Assembly (NCBI GenBank): GCA_019058245.1
Contig: JAHPZJ010000013.1
Location: forward strand, 105,166 to 169,165
Direction: 5' to 3'
Source: Promethearchaeota archaeon
GTDB taxonomy: Archaea > Asgardarchaeota > Lokiarchaeia > Sigyniarchaeales > SOKP01
DNA: 64,000 nucleotides
In this document: positions 11,133 to 19,953 of the stretch, in pieces
Layout of the letters: each line of letters begins with the position of its first letter
How positions within the stretch are numbered: position 1 is the first letter of the stretch
Program-made: the position numbers and the translations under genes
Notes under the pieces: generated by a model
The model's database searches: none
The model's input: only the letters and a program-made list of their open reading frames with translations
What the model was told of the DNA's origin: nothing

Positions 11133-12005
11133 ATTCAAGATAAAGAAATCCCAGATATCGATTTGAAGAAGACAGTTGAACAAGGAAAGAAAGAAAAAAT
11201 GGATCAATTAACAGAAAATATAAAGGAAAATATGAGCAAAATTAAACATAAAATTGTAGTTATATCTGGTAAAGGTGGTGTGGGAAAAACTACTGTAGCA
11301 GTAAATCTTGCTATGAGTTTAGTTAGTTTTGGATTGAGAGTTGGAATTTTAGATGTGGATATTACAGGACCAAATATATTGAAAATGTTGGGTATTGACC
11401 CAAATCTTAAACCAAGGATTGATCCTGAGAAGAAAAGATTTTATCCCGTTAATGGACCTTTAAATCTTAAAACAATGAGTATGGCATTTCTCATTGAAAG
11501 TTCTGACTCACCTGTTATCTGGAGGGGTCCAATGAAAATGAGTGCCGTGAGACAATTTCTGGGGGAAGCAATTTGGGGAGAATTAGATTATTTAATTTGT
11601 GATTTGCCACCAGGAACTTCTGATGAAACACTGGATATTTTACAACTTATTCCAGATGAGAATGTTGTTGTAGTTTCTACTCCTCAAGAAGTAGCATTAA
11701 TGGATGCTAGAAAAACTATAAGAATGGCTCAGATTATGGAACGTAAAGTTTTAGGTATAATTGAGAACATGTCTGGTTTTAATTGTCCTCATTGTGGGGA
11801 ATATATTGATTTATATCCTCCAGGAGGAGTAACAAAAGCAGCTGAAGATTTTAATGTTAAATTATTAGGCAAAATTCCTTTCGAAATTGAAGTAAGTCAG
11901 CAAGGAGATCTAGGAATGCCTTTCACATTAAAATATCCAGATAGTGCATCCACAAAAGCTTTTAAAGAAACAGTTAAGACCATTCGAGAAATATTAGAAA
12001 AATAA
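11133..12005 (+). CDS. mrp: Mrp/NBP35/ApbC Fe-S cluster carrier ATPase (probable ATT start)
   Basis: SGKGGVGKT, WRGPMK, DLPPGTSD, ENMS..CPHC; ATT aligns with the Met of the paralog at 37916. Confidence 0.92.
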   Translation: MQDKEIPDIDLKKTVEQGKKEKMDQLTENIKENMSKIKHKIVVISGKGGVGKTTVAVNLAMSLVSFGLRVGILDVDITGPNILKMLGIDPNLKPRIDPEKKRFYPVNGPLNLKTMSMAFLIESSDSPVIWRGPMKMSAVRQFLGEAIWGELDYLICDLPPGTSDETLDILQLIPDENVVVVSTPQEVALMDARKTIRMAQIMERKVLGIIENMSGFNCPHCGEYIDLYPPGGVTKAAEDFNVKLLGKIPFEIEVSQQGDLGMPFTLKYPDSASTKAFKETVKTIREILEK

Positions 12006-12091
12006 AGAAATAATTTTTTTAAATTTTATAAATTATAAAATTTAAAATAATTTGTTGTATAATAAAAGCAACTTGAATTTGGAATTATAAA

Positions 12092-12532
12092 ATGCCATCA
12101 GATAATTTAGATAAATGGGTAGAAGAGATTCAGAAAGAGATTTTCGAAGAAGAAGTTAAGAGATATAATAAATATATTGTTGAATTGTTTCAAGATCCAA
12201 AAAATTGGGGTAAACCTCCTGAAGATCAAATAAGTGCATGGCATGCTTATGAAGGAAGTTGCGGTGATACTATGCAATTCTTTTTGAAGATAAAAGAAAA
12301 CATTATTGAAAAAGCCAATTTTATTACAGATGGCTGTGGTGCTACTATAGCAGCAGGAAGCCAAATTACTATGATGGTTGAGGGAAAATCCTTAGAATTT
12401 GCAGAAAAATTAAAACCTATTGATATAGATAACGCTTTACAAGGTTTACCCGATGATCATAAACATTGTGCGGAATTAGCAGTAACTACTTTAAAACGTG
12501 CAATTGAGAAATACAAGATCCAAAATCCTTGA
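12092..12532 (+). CDS. iscU: IscU/NifU-type Fe-S scaffold
   Basis: SCGD, DGCG, KHCAELA. Confidence 0.88.
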   Translation: MPSDNLDKWVEEIQKEIFEEEVKRYNKYIVELFQDPKNWGKPPEDQISAWHAYEGSCGDTMQFFLKIKENIIEKANFITDGCGATIAAGSQITMMVEGKSLEFAEKLKPIDIDNALQGLPDDHKHCAELAVTTLKRAIEKYKIQNP

Positions 12533-12550
12533 TTTGTTTTTTTTAATAAT

Positions 12551-13486
12551 ATGAAATATATATATGGTCCCGTTCCTAGTAGGAGATTAGGAAATTCCTT
12601 GGGAATTGATCCACTTCCTTCGAAGACATGCAATTATCAATGTATATATTGTCAATTAGGGAAAACAACTAATTTTACTAATATTAGAAAAAATTTTTTT
12701 CCTAAAGAAGAAATAATATTAGAAATGGAAAAGGCTATAGAATTACATGATAATTCAATAGATTATATTACATTTGTAGGGAGTGGTGAACCCACCTTAT
12801 ATAAGGACTTAAAAGACTTATTAATAAAAGCAAAAGAGTTCTCTAAAAAACCAATTGCAGTCATTACAAATGGAAGTCTACTTAATAATAAAGAAGTTCA
12901 AGATGCTTTAATGCATTCAGATCTGGTTTTACCAAGCCTAGATGCGGGAAATGAACAAATATTTATTAGGATCAATCGTCCTCATCCTTCAATCAACTTT
13001 GAAGATATGATTGATGGTTTTATAAATTTTAGGAATATTTTTTATGGTAAATTCTGGATTGAAGTTATGTTAATAAGAGGAGTAAATGATTCAAAAAAAG
13101 AACTTCTAAAAATTAAAGAAAAGATAGACTTAATAAACCCTAATAGAATTGATATTAATGTTCCAATAAGGCCACCTGTAGAAAAATGGGTAAAAATTCC
13201 TGATAAAGAGACACTTTCATTTTTGAATAAGATCTTCGTTGATTATAAAAATATTAATTTTCCTGAGGAAGGAAAATTTAGTATTTATTCATCAGACTTG
13301 GAAACGGAACTATTATCAATACTTGAAAGACATCCAATGAGGCAAGATCAAATTATTAAAACATTTAGTTCTGCTAAATTTACTGAAGATGAAATAATTA
13401 CACAATTAGAACAACTTAAATCTCTAAAAAAGATAAAAGATATTCTATATAACAATCAAATATTTTGGATATTAGAAATAAATTAA
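12551..13486 (+). CDS. Radical SAM protein (COG0731-like)
   Basis: YGPVPSRRLG, CNYQCIYC, GSGEPTL. Confidence 0.9.
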   Translation: MKYIYGPVPSRRLGNSLGIDPLPSKTCNYQCIYCQLGKTTNFTNIRKNFFPKEEIILEMEKAIELHDNSIDYITFVGSGEPTLYKDLKDLLIKAKEFSKKPIAVITNGSLLNNKEVQDALMHSDLVLPSLDAGNEQIFIRINRPHPSINFEDMIDGFINFRNIFYGKFWIEVMLIRGVNDSKKELLKIKEKIDLINPNRIDINVPIRPPVEKWVKIPDKETLSFLNKIFVDYKNINFPEEGKFSIYSSDLETELLSILERHPMRQDQIIKTFSSAKFTEDEIITQLEQLKSLKKIKDILYNNQIFWILEIN

Positions 13487-13525
13487 ATCTATAATTCTGT
13501 TTAATAAATAAAAGTATTTGAACAC

Positions 13526-13906
13526 TTAATATTCAAGAAGTAGATCTTCTAAAGCATTAGTTACTTCAGGATTAAGATGATGCTCAATTTCACAAGATAA
13601 TTTTTCTACAATTGAATTATTTTTTAATTTAAGAACATTTCTAAAAAACCTAGATAAGCAATTATAGTTTTTGAGAGTGTTCTGAGCAATTTCCCTTCCT
13701 TTTTTAGTTAATCTTAGAGCTTTTCTAGGCTTCCAATTTATAAAACCATTCTTTTGTAGATTATATAACATGTTAGTAACTGAAGATGGTTTAACTTTTA
13801 AAAATTTAGAAATTTCGGAATTACAAGTCCAACCGCCTTTATTATTCTTAGCAATTAGATAAATTGCTTTTAGATAATCCTCATAACTTTCATAGATTTC
13901 TGACAT
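13526..13906 (-). CDS. DtxR/MntR family metal-dependent repressor
   Basis: EDYLKAIY, VKPSSVT, LTKKG, CEIEHH. Confidence 0.9.
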   Translation of the reverse strand: MSEIYESYEDYLKAIYLIAKNNKGGWTCNSEISKFLKVKPSSVTNMLYNLQKNGFINWKPRKALRLTKKGREIAQNTLKNYNCLSRFFRNVLKLKNNSIVEKLSCEIEHHLNPEVTNALEDLLLEY

Positions 13907-13953
13907 TTTGAAACCTTTATTGAAATAACTTAAAAATTTAAAAAAAAAATAAT

Positions 13954-14322
13954 TTATTCTTTATTTTCTAATTCTGAAATTCTTTTAGAGATATTGTCGA
14001 GAGCATTTTTAATTCCGTTCATTTCATTTTCTAGATAATCCTTTTCTTGTTTGAGCATGGTTAACTGATTTTCTGGTGTTGAAACTGGTAATGATGCTGC
14101 AGGATAAGGAGGATACACCGGATCTCTATAACCATAACCCAAGCCCCAGCCATAACCTCCGCCTCTACCATATCCAAAACCTCTGCCTCTTCCCCAGCCT
14201 CTACCATATCCCATACCAGGACCTCTTGTATATCCTGGTGATTCAAAACCAGCACAATATCCTAAAGCTCTACCTGTCATTGGACCTAATCCTCTAGGTC
14301 CTGTTCTATCTCCACCGGGCAT
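13954..14322 (-). CDS. DUF5320 family Gly/Arg-rich protein
   Basis: MPGGDRTGPRGLGPMTGR.LGYC; C-terminal coiled coil. Confidence 0.85.
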   Translation of the reverse strand: MPGGDRTGPRGLGPMTGRALGYCAGFESPGYTRGPGMGYGRGWGRGRGFGYGRGGGYGWGLGYGYRDPVYPPYPAASLPVSTPENQLTMLKQEKDYLENEMNGIKNALDNISKRISELENKE

Positions 14323-14350
14323 ATTTTTTTTTAACCTCTATTAATTTTTA

Positions 14351-14425
14351 TGAATAATTATTCACTATATAATCTCATTATATATTATGTTGGCAAGTTA
14401 TTTAAACATTATGAATAATTATTCG
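14351..14425. promoter_or_regulatory. Two TGAATAATTATTCA operators (14351-14364 perfect, 14412-14425 one mismatch)
   Basis: Upstream of the DUF5320-DtxR operon. Confidence 0.75.
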
Positions 14426-14619
14426 AAAAAAAAAATTTTATATTTAATATTTTATAATTAATTTCAGCAGATTATTGATATTTATATCAATAGGCATAAC
14501 TTTTTCTTTTAAAATATAGAAGGGAGATTTAATACATTGAAAATCTCTGTTTTCGTAGCTTATATTTAAAAAAAAATAGTATTAATATTATAAAAATAAA
14601 AAATCAAAGGTGATAATTT

Positions 14620-14985
14620 ATTAATCAAGAAAAAAAACATATTTTATATGTTCAAACTAGTCATGACCCCGAACGACAATATTCACCATTAGTATTAGCT
14701 CAAACTGCTAAAGCAATGGATATTGAAGCTACTGTTTATTATTTAGGCACGGCATTAAGAATACTAAAACCTGGAGAAGCTGAAAAAATAAAACTTGGTG
14801 CTTTTCCAAGTGTAAAGGAAATGATTGATAAAACTTTGGAGCAAGGAATAAAGATATTAGTTTGTGAGGCATCAAAAAGAATGTTAGGATGGGAAAAAGT
14901 AGATTTAATTCCAGGTGTGAAAATTGTTGGAGCTGCGACATTAAATGATTTAGTATTAGAAGTAGATGCAACTCAATGGTTTTAA
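14620..14985 (+). CDS. DsrE/DsrF family protein; ATT start
   Basis: ILYVQTSHDPERQYSPLVLAQTAKAM lies in frame upstream of the track ORF; LVCEAS, VGAAT; GGTGA + 6 nt + ATT. Confidence 0.8.
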   Translation: MNQEKKHILYVQTSHDPERQYSPLVLAQTAKAMDIEATVYYLGTALRILKPGEAEKIKLGAFPSVKEMIDKTLEQGIKILVCEASKRMLGWEKVDLIPGVKIVGAATLNDLVLEVDATQWF

Positions 14986-15171
14986 ACTGAAAAATTTATA
15001 TCAACTTTTAAATTTTTAAAGCATATAAAAATCGTTAGAAATGTTTAAAAGTCGTTATGTATTATATTGATTTAGTAAAATATCTTCATAAATATTAAAT
15101 TTATATATTTATGTGTGGTATATTAATTTAAAGATAAAATAATTTTTAATTTTTTTATATTATTTATTAAT

Positions 15172-15190
15172 AATTTGATACGCCTAAATT
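15172..15190. promoter_or_regulatory. Candidate DtxR-family operator upstream of feoA
   Basis: AATTTGATACGCCTAAATT: imperfect inverted repeat with a GCCTAAATT half-site. Confidence 0.4.
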
Positions 15191-15246
15191 TTAATTCAAT
15201 GAATAATTCAATTATTATAGAAGAACAATGATCTTGGTGAAAGTAA

Positions 15247-15546
15247 ATTAATAATTTTTTATCAAAAGAAAAAGATAAGGAGACCGTTTTTTCTGCTCCG
15301 CTGATTAAATGTTTAACAGAATGTAAAAAAGAAGAAGAAGTTACTATAGTAAGTGTAAGAGCAGGTTATAACGCAAAAAGACGTCTTGCAAATTTAGGAA
15401 TTGTTCCAGGAGTAAAAATTAAAAAAAAACAATCTGCTCCTATGAGAGGACCTTTACAAATTATTGTTAAAGGAACATCCTTAGTAATCGGAAGGGGTTT
15501 AGCAGCAAAAATCTTTGTAAAATGCGATCCGAGTTGTGTACTATAG
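15247..15546 (+). CDS. feoA: Ferrous iron transport protein A (missing from the ORF track; ATT start)
   Basis: KRRLANLGIVPG...APMRGPLQIIVKGTSLVIGRGLAAKIFV; directly upstream of feoB. Confidence 0.9.
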   Translation: MNNFLSKEKDKETVFSAPLIKCLTECKKEEEVTIVSVRAGYNAKRRLANLGIVPGVKIKKKQSAPMRGPLQIIVKGTSLVIGRGLAAKIFVKCDPSCVL

Positions 15547-15618
15547 AGAACTAAAATAATTTTTATTAATATTTCATAAGAGGATTCTAAGTCAAGATAT
15601 AAACTAATAATAGAAATT

Positions 15619-17772
15619 ATGAGTTGTAATTTACCAAAAAGAAAAAAACGATTTAATCAAGAAATACATAATTATTCAATTAATATTGCATTAGCTGGTA
15701 ATCCAAATGTAGGGAAATCAGTTATATTTAACCAGTTAACAGGTCTTTCACAGACGATAGGAAATTGGCCTGGAAAAACTGTAGAGAAAATGGAAGGTTA
15801 TTTAGATTTTCTTGGTTATCATTTCAATATTGTAGATCTTCCTGGTATCTATTCATTATCAACATATAGTATTGAAGAGATTGTAAGTAGAGAATATATT
15901 ATCTCGGAAGAAGTTGATTTAATCATAAATGTAATTGATGCTACCAATTTGGAACGTAATTTATTTTTCACATTTCAACTTTTAGAGTTAAATGTCCCAA
16001 TTATTATTGCAATTAATCAAATGGATATTTTGCATAAGAGAAATATGGATATTGATTTTGAAAAACTAGAAAGTATATTTAAATTGCCAGTTCTCCCAGT
16101 AGTTGCAATTCATGGAATTGGAGTTCATCAACTACTTGAAGAAGCAATTGAAATGGTTGTATATAAACATCCACACTCACATCATAATAGCGACAGGTCC
16201 AAGAAATTTAATCATCATTCTCATGGTTATCATCGAACAGAACATATTCATAAAAGAGTAACATCGTGGTCATCATTAAAAAAAGAATTTAAATTTCCTA
16301 ATTTGTCCAATATTCTTTCCTTTGGAAAAGAAATTGAGTTAAAAGTTAAAGAAATTATAACCTCACTAGAGGATTATGAAAAACTTGATACTAATATAAA
16401 TTATCCTCTAAGGTTTTTGGCAATAAAACTTTTAGAAAATGATGATGAAATCAAAAAATTATTGGTAGATAATGAACCTTCCCCTCAAATAATACAAGTT
16501 GTTGAGAAATCTAGAAAAGAACTTGAAGATATTCATGGGGAGGATATTAATACTGTGATTTCATCAGAAATCTATAATAACATCCATAAAATTATTGATC
16601 AAGTTTTATTTGTGAAATCTGGTAAACAAGCTAAGAGAATTTCCATTGCTGACAGAATTGATCATCTTACTACCCATTCTATATGGGGATATATCATTTT
16701 GATATCTGTACTTTTCGGGACTTTTATGTTCACATTCATAATAGGCAATTTTTTTGGAGGTATATTAGATAATTTATATAGTGGATGGAGTGAAAGAATT
16801 TACTCCTTGTTTGGTGAAAATTCTCTGATTATAAAAATATTTTGGGATGGTGCGATGGGAGGTTTAATTGGCGCAATTGGTGGTGTTTTAGTATTTGTAA
16901 TTCCATTTTTTTTAATTATTGAAATCTTACAAGATTCTGGTTATTTACCGAGAGCTGCCTTTTTAATGGATAGGATCATGCACTCTCTCGGTGTTCATGG
17001 AAAAACAATTATTCCTATGATATTAGGCTTTGGATGTAATGTACCTGCTTGTGCAGGGTGTAGAATTATGGAAACTGAACGAGAAAAAAAAATATCTATT
17101 GTTTTAACATCTCTAGTTCCATGCGGAGCAACTATGACCGTAGTTATGGGTTTAGTAGGACGATACTTAGGTTTTGAATGGCTATTTTTGCTATTTGCGA
17201 TTAACTTTATAGTAATTTTGATTGTAGGCAGAATTCTAAATAAGATAATGCCCGGGACTTGTACAGAATTGATTATGGAAATGCATGAATATCGTGTTCC
17301 AAATTACAGTGTTATTGCTAAACAGACATGGCTAAGGACGAAAGAATTTGTAAATAAGGCTCTACCAATAATAGTTATTTTAGGAATTATTTTAGAAATA
17401 CTTTTGATTTTCAATGCTTTAGAACCAGTAAATTTTGTTTTATCACCTATTTCTGTACTTTGGCTGGGTTTACCTGTTACTGTTGGTGTATTTTTGATTT
17501 ATGGAATCTTACGTAAAGAGTTGACATTAGTACTTCTTGCTGTTTTTGCTCAAAATGTGGGATTAACAGTGTTAGAACTTTTGACTCCTATTCAGATGAT
17601 AGTATTTAGTTTAGTTACTATGCTTTATATCCCTTGTTTTGCTACAATTATCGTTATTGCTAAACAAACAAATTGGAAATACGCATTAAAAATATCTGCA
17701 ATGGAGATTGCTATAGCTTTGTTAATCGGAGGAATTATTAATTGGGGTTTCATTTTTATCTTTTCAATCTAA
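15619..17772 (+). CDS. feoB: Ferrous iron transport protein B
   Basis: GNPNVGKS, NWPGKTVE, DLPGIYSL, GFGCNVPA, PC motifs. Confidence 0.95.
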   Translation: MSCNLPKRKKRFNQEIHNYSINIALAGNPNVGKSVIFNQLTGLSQTIGNWPGKTVEKMEGYLDFLGYHFNIVDLPGIYSLSTYSIEEIVSREYIISEEVDLIINVIDATNLERNLFFTFQLLELNVPIIIAINQMDILHKRNMDIDFEKLESIFKLPVLPVVAIHGIGVHQLLEEAIEMVVYKHPHSHHNSDRSKKFNHHSHGYHRTEHIHKRVTSWSSLKKEFKFPNLSNILSFGKEIELKVKEIITSLEDYEKLDTNINYPLRFLAIKLLENDDEIKKLLVDNEPSPQIIQVVEKSRKELEDIHGEDINTVISSEIYNNIHKIIDQVLFVKSGKQAKRISIADRIDHLTTHSIWGYIILISVLFGTFMFTFIIGNFFGGILDNLYSGWSERIYSLFGENSLIIKIFWDGAMGGLIGAIGGVLVFVIPFFLIIEILQDSGYLPRAAFLMDRIMHSLGVHGKTIIPMILGFGCNVPACAGCRIMETEREKKISIVLTSLVPCGATMTVVMGLVGRYLGFEWLFLLFAINFIVILIVGRILNKIMPGTCTELIMEMHEYRVPNYSVIAKQTWLRTKEFVNKALPIIVILGIILEILLIFNALEPVNFVLSPISVLWLGLPVTVGVFLIYGILRKELTLVLLAVFAQNVGLTVLELLTPIQMIVFSLVTMLYIPCFATIIVIAKQTNWKYALKISAMEIAIALLIGGIINWGFIFIFSI

Positions 17773-17811
17773 TTTAAAATTTTATTTAAAAAATTTTTGA
17801 AATACTCCTCC

Positions 17812-18030
17812 TTACCATGCTGAATGATTCAATATAGCATTAGTAGGGCAAATATCTAAACAGGCCATGCAATCAGTACACTCTCCAATATTTTTGGCAA
17901 CAACTTTTCCATCTATTAGTTCATATACCTCTACAGGGCATACATTAACACATTCTTCTGCTCCTACGCAAAGATCAAGATCTATTTCAACCCAATGTTC
18001 ATCTTCTTCCCATTTCTTTACATTTACCAT
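17812..18030 (-). CDS. Ferredoxin
   Basis: CVGAEECVNVCP and CTDCMACLDICP. Confidence 0.88.
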   Translation of the reverse strand: MVNVKKWEEDEHWVEIDLDLCVGAEECVNVCPVEVYELIDGKVVAKNIGECTDCMACLDICPTNAILNHSAW

Positions 18031-18390
18031 TTAATTTCTCCCATGTTTTTACAGGATATTAAAAGTTTAATTTTAATCAATAAAAAAATTTCTTAATAAG
18101 ATTAGAATTCTTGTTTTTTCTTAATAGACTTAAATAAATCCAAATTTTTTTCTAGATGATTTGTTAGAAGAAAATCTTTTTTAACTTTTTTATGCCCAAT
18201 AATTGTGAATAATTATATAAAATCGATTCAGAAGTTTTCTTAAATTTTAACACATCAGTCGTTTTTTAAATTTATTTATTTATTCAACTTTAGATTCATA
18301 AACATAATATTTATAAATATAAGTATCTCACTTTTTCTTTGATTTTTTCTTATAAGGGAAGAAATTTACAATTTAATTAAAAGTAAAAAG

Positions 18391-19860
18391 ATGAAAAAAA
18401 TGAAAAAAATAACAAATCATAAAATTTTCTTACTCTTGTTTTCATTTCTAATGATCCTTGGCTCCTCGTTCTTTATATTTCCTATTACAGCAGCTCCAGA
18501 ACCTAAAACATCTCAAATAAGTTTAAATATTGTTGTAACCAGTGAACAATATGCTTCTATAAATGATATAAAAGATGATTTTCTTGCCTCAGAGTATGGA
18601 AATGGAATAGACAGTGTAACTGTAACTTCTTCAGGTGATACAGCCAATGATCAATTAACCTATATACAAACTCGTATGGCAACACAAGACACATCATTGG
18701 ATGTTGTAGGAATGGATGTTGTCTGGACAGCTCTTTTTGCTGAAAATGGCTGGGTTATAAATTTGGATTCTTATTTAGAACCAAATGAAATGGATAATTA
18801 TATTGGTGGAATGGTAGATTCAGGGACATATAATGGAAGCCTGTGGGCATTTCCTTATTTCTTTAATTTAGGTGTTCTCTATTATCGCAAAGATTTATTG
18901 ACAAAATATGGCTATGATGAAACAGATTTTGATACTTGGGCTGAATTAAATGCAACAGCAAATGATATTTTAGAACAAGAAAATGATCCTAATTTAGTTG
19001 GATATGTAGCACAATTTGATAATTATGAAGGTGGAACAGTTAACTTTCAAGAATGGATTGGAAGCAATGGTGCAACAGCAATTTTTGATGCACAGGGTAA
19101 TCCTGATGTGACTTCAACAAAAATAATTGAAGCCTTAACCTTCTTAAAAGCATTAATTGCTACTTCTGCTACAACTGATTTAAGGACTACTGATTATATT
19201 ATTAATCGTGATGCATTAACTTATAATGAAGGAACATCAGAAGGAAAATGGTCAGATGGGGAAGCTATATTTTGTCGACAATGGCCATATGTGTATGGTA
19301 TTACTATCGATAATCCTGATTTGAATGCAACTGATGGAATGGGAACTTACACTCAATTTGGAGTAGCACCAATTCCTACATTTAGTGGTGCTGCAGATGA
19401 GAAATCTTCTTGTGTTGGTGGAGCAATTTTAGGAATTTCAGCATATAGTGAACATAAAGATGCAGCATATAATCTTACAAAATGGCTTTGTTCAAATTAT
19501 TCTCAATATTATGCATTAGATGAATATGCTCATCCTCCTGCGTTGAAAGAAACTTATACAACTATCCCTCCTGGTCAGGAATGGGTCGAGGATTTCTATC
19601 TTGCGTCAGGAGTAACTCTTGCTAGACCAAAGAACGAAAATTATCCAGATATTAGTAGCGCAATTTCAACTCGTTTTTCACAAATTATTAGTTGTCAAAG
19701 TACTCCAACTGCAGGAATGAATAATTTACAAAAAGACATTGAAGATATTTTAAACCCACCACCCGAAGTTGTCCCCGGTTATGAATTGTCGATATTATTA
19801 ATAGCAATTGCTTCTATGATGGCAATTATTATCGTTTTCAAGAAGAAGAAGATTTTTTAA
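18391..19860 (+). CDS. Sugar ABC transporter substrate-binding protein with C-terminal PGY-TM-basic anchor
   Basis: Signal peptide, MDVVW, LYYRKDLL, YEG, WPY; VPGYE + TM + KKKK. Confidence 0.88.
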   Translation: MKKMKKITNHKIFLLLFSFLMILGSSFFIFPITAAPEPKTSQISLNIVVTSEQYASINDIKDDFLASEYGNGIDSVTVTSSGDTANDQLTYIQTRMATQDTSLDVVGMDVVWTALFAENGWVINLDSYLEPNEMDNYIGGMVDSGTYNGSLWAFPYFFNLGVLYYRKDLLTKYGYDETDFDTWAELNATANDILEQENDPNLVGYVAQFDNYEGGTVNFQEWIGSNGATAIFDAQGNPDVTSTKIIEALTFLKALIATSATTDLRTTDYIINRDALTYNEGTSEGKWSDGEAIFCRQWPYVYGITIDNPDLNATDGMGTYTQFGVAPIPTFSGAADEKSSCVGGAILGISAYSEHKDAAYNLTKWLCSNYSQYYALDEYAHPPALKETYTTIPPGQEWVEDFYLASGVTLARPKNENYPDISSAISTRFSQIISCQSTPTAGMNNLQKDIEDILNPPPEVVPGYELSILLIAIASMMAIIIVFKKKKIF

Positions 19861-19953
19861 TAAAGAAATAAAGAATTAATAATTAAATACTATTTTTTTT
19901 TTCATTTGATATTTTATATTTGATAGAATGATAATTGTTTTAATGAAATAAAA

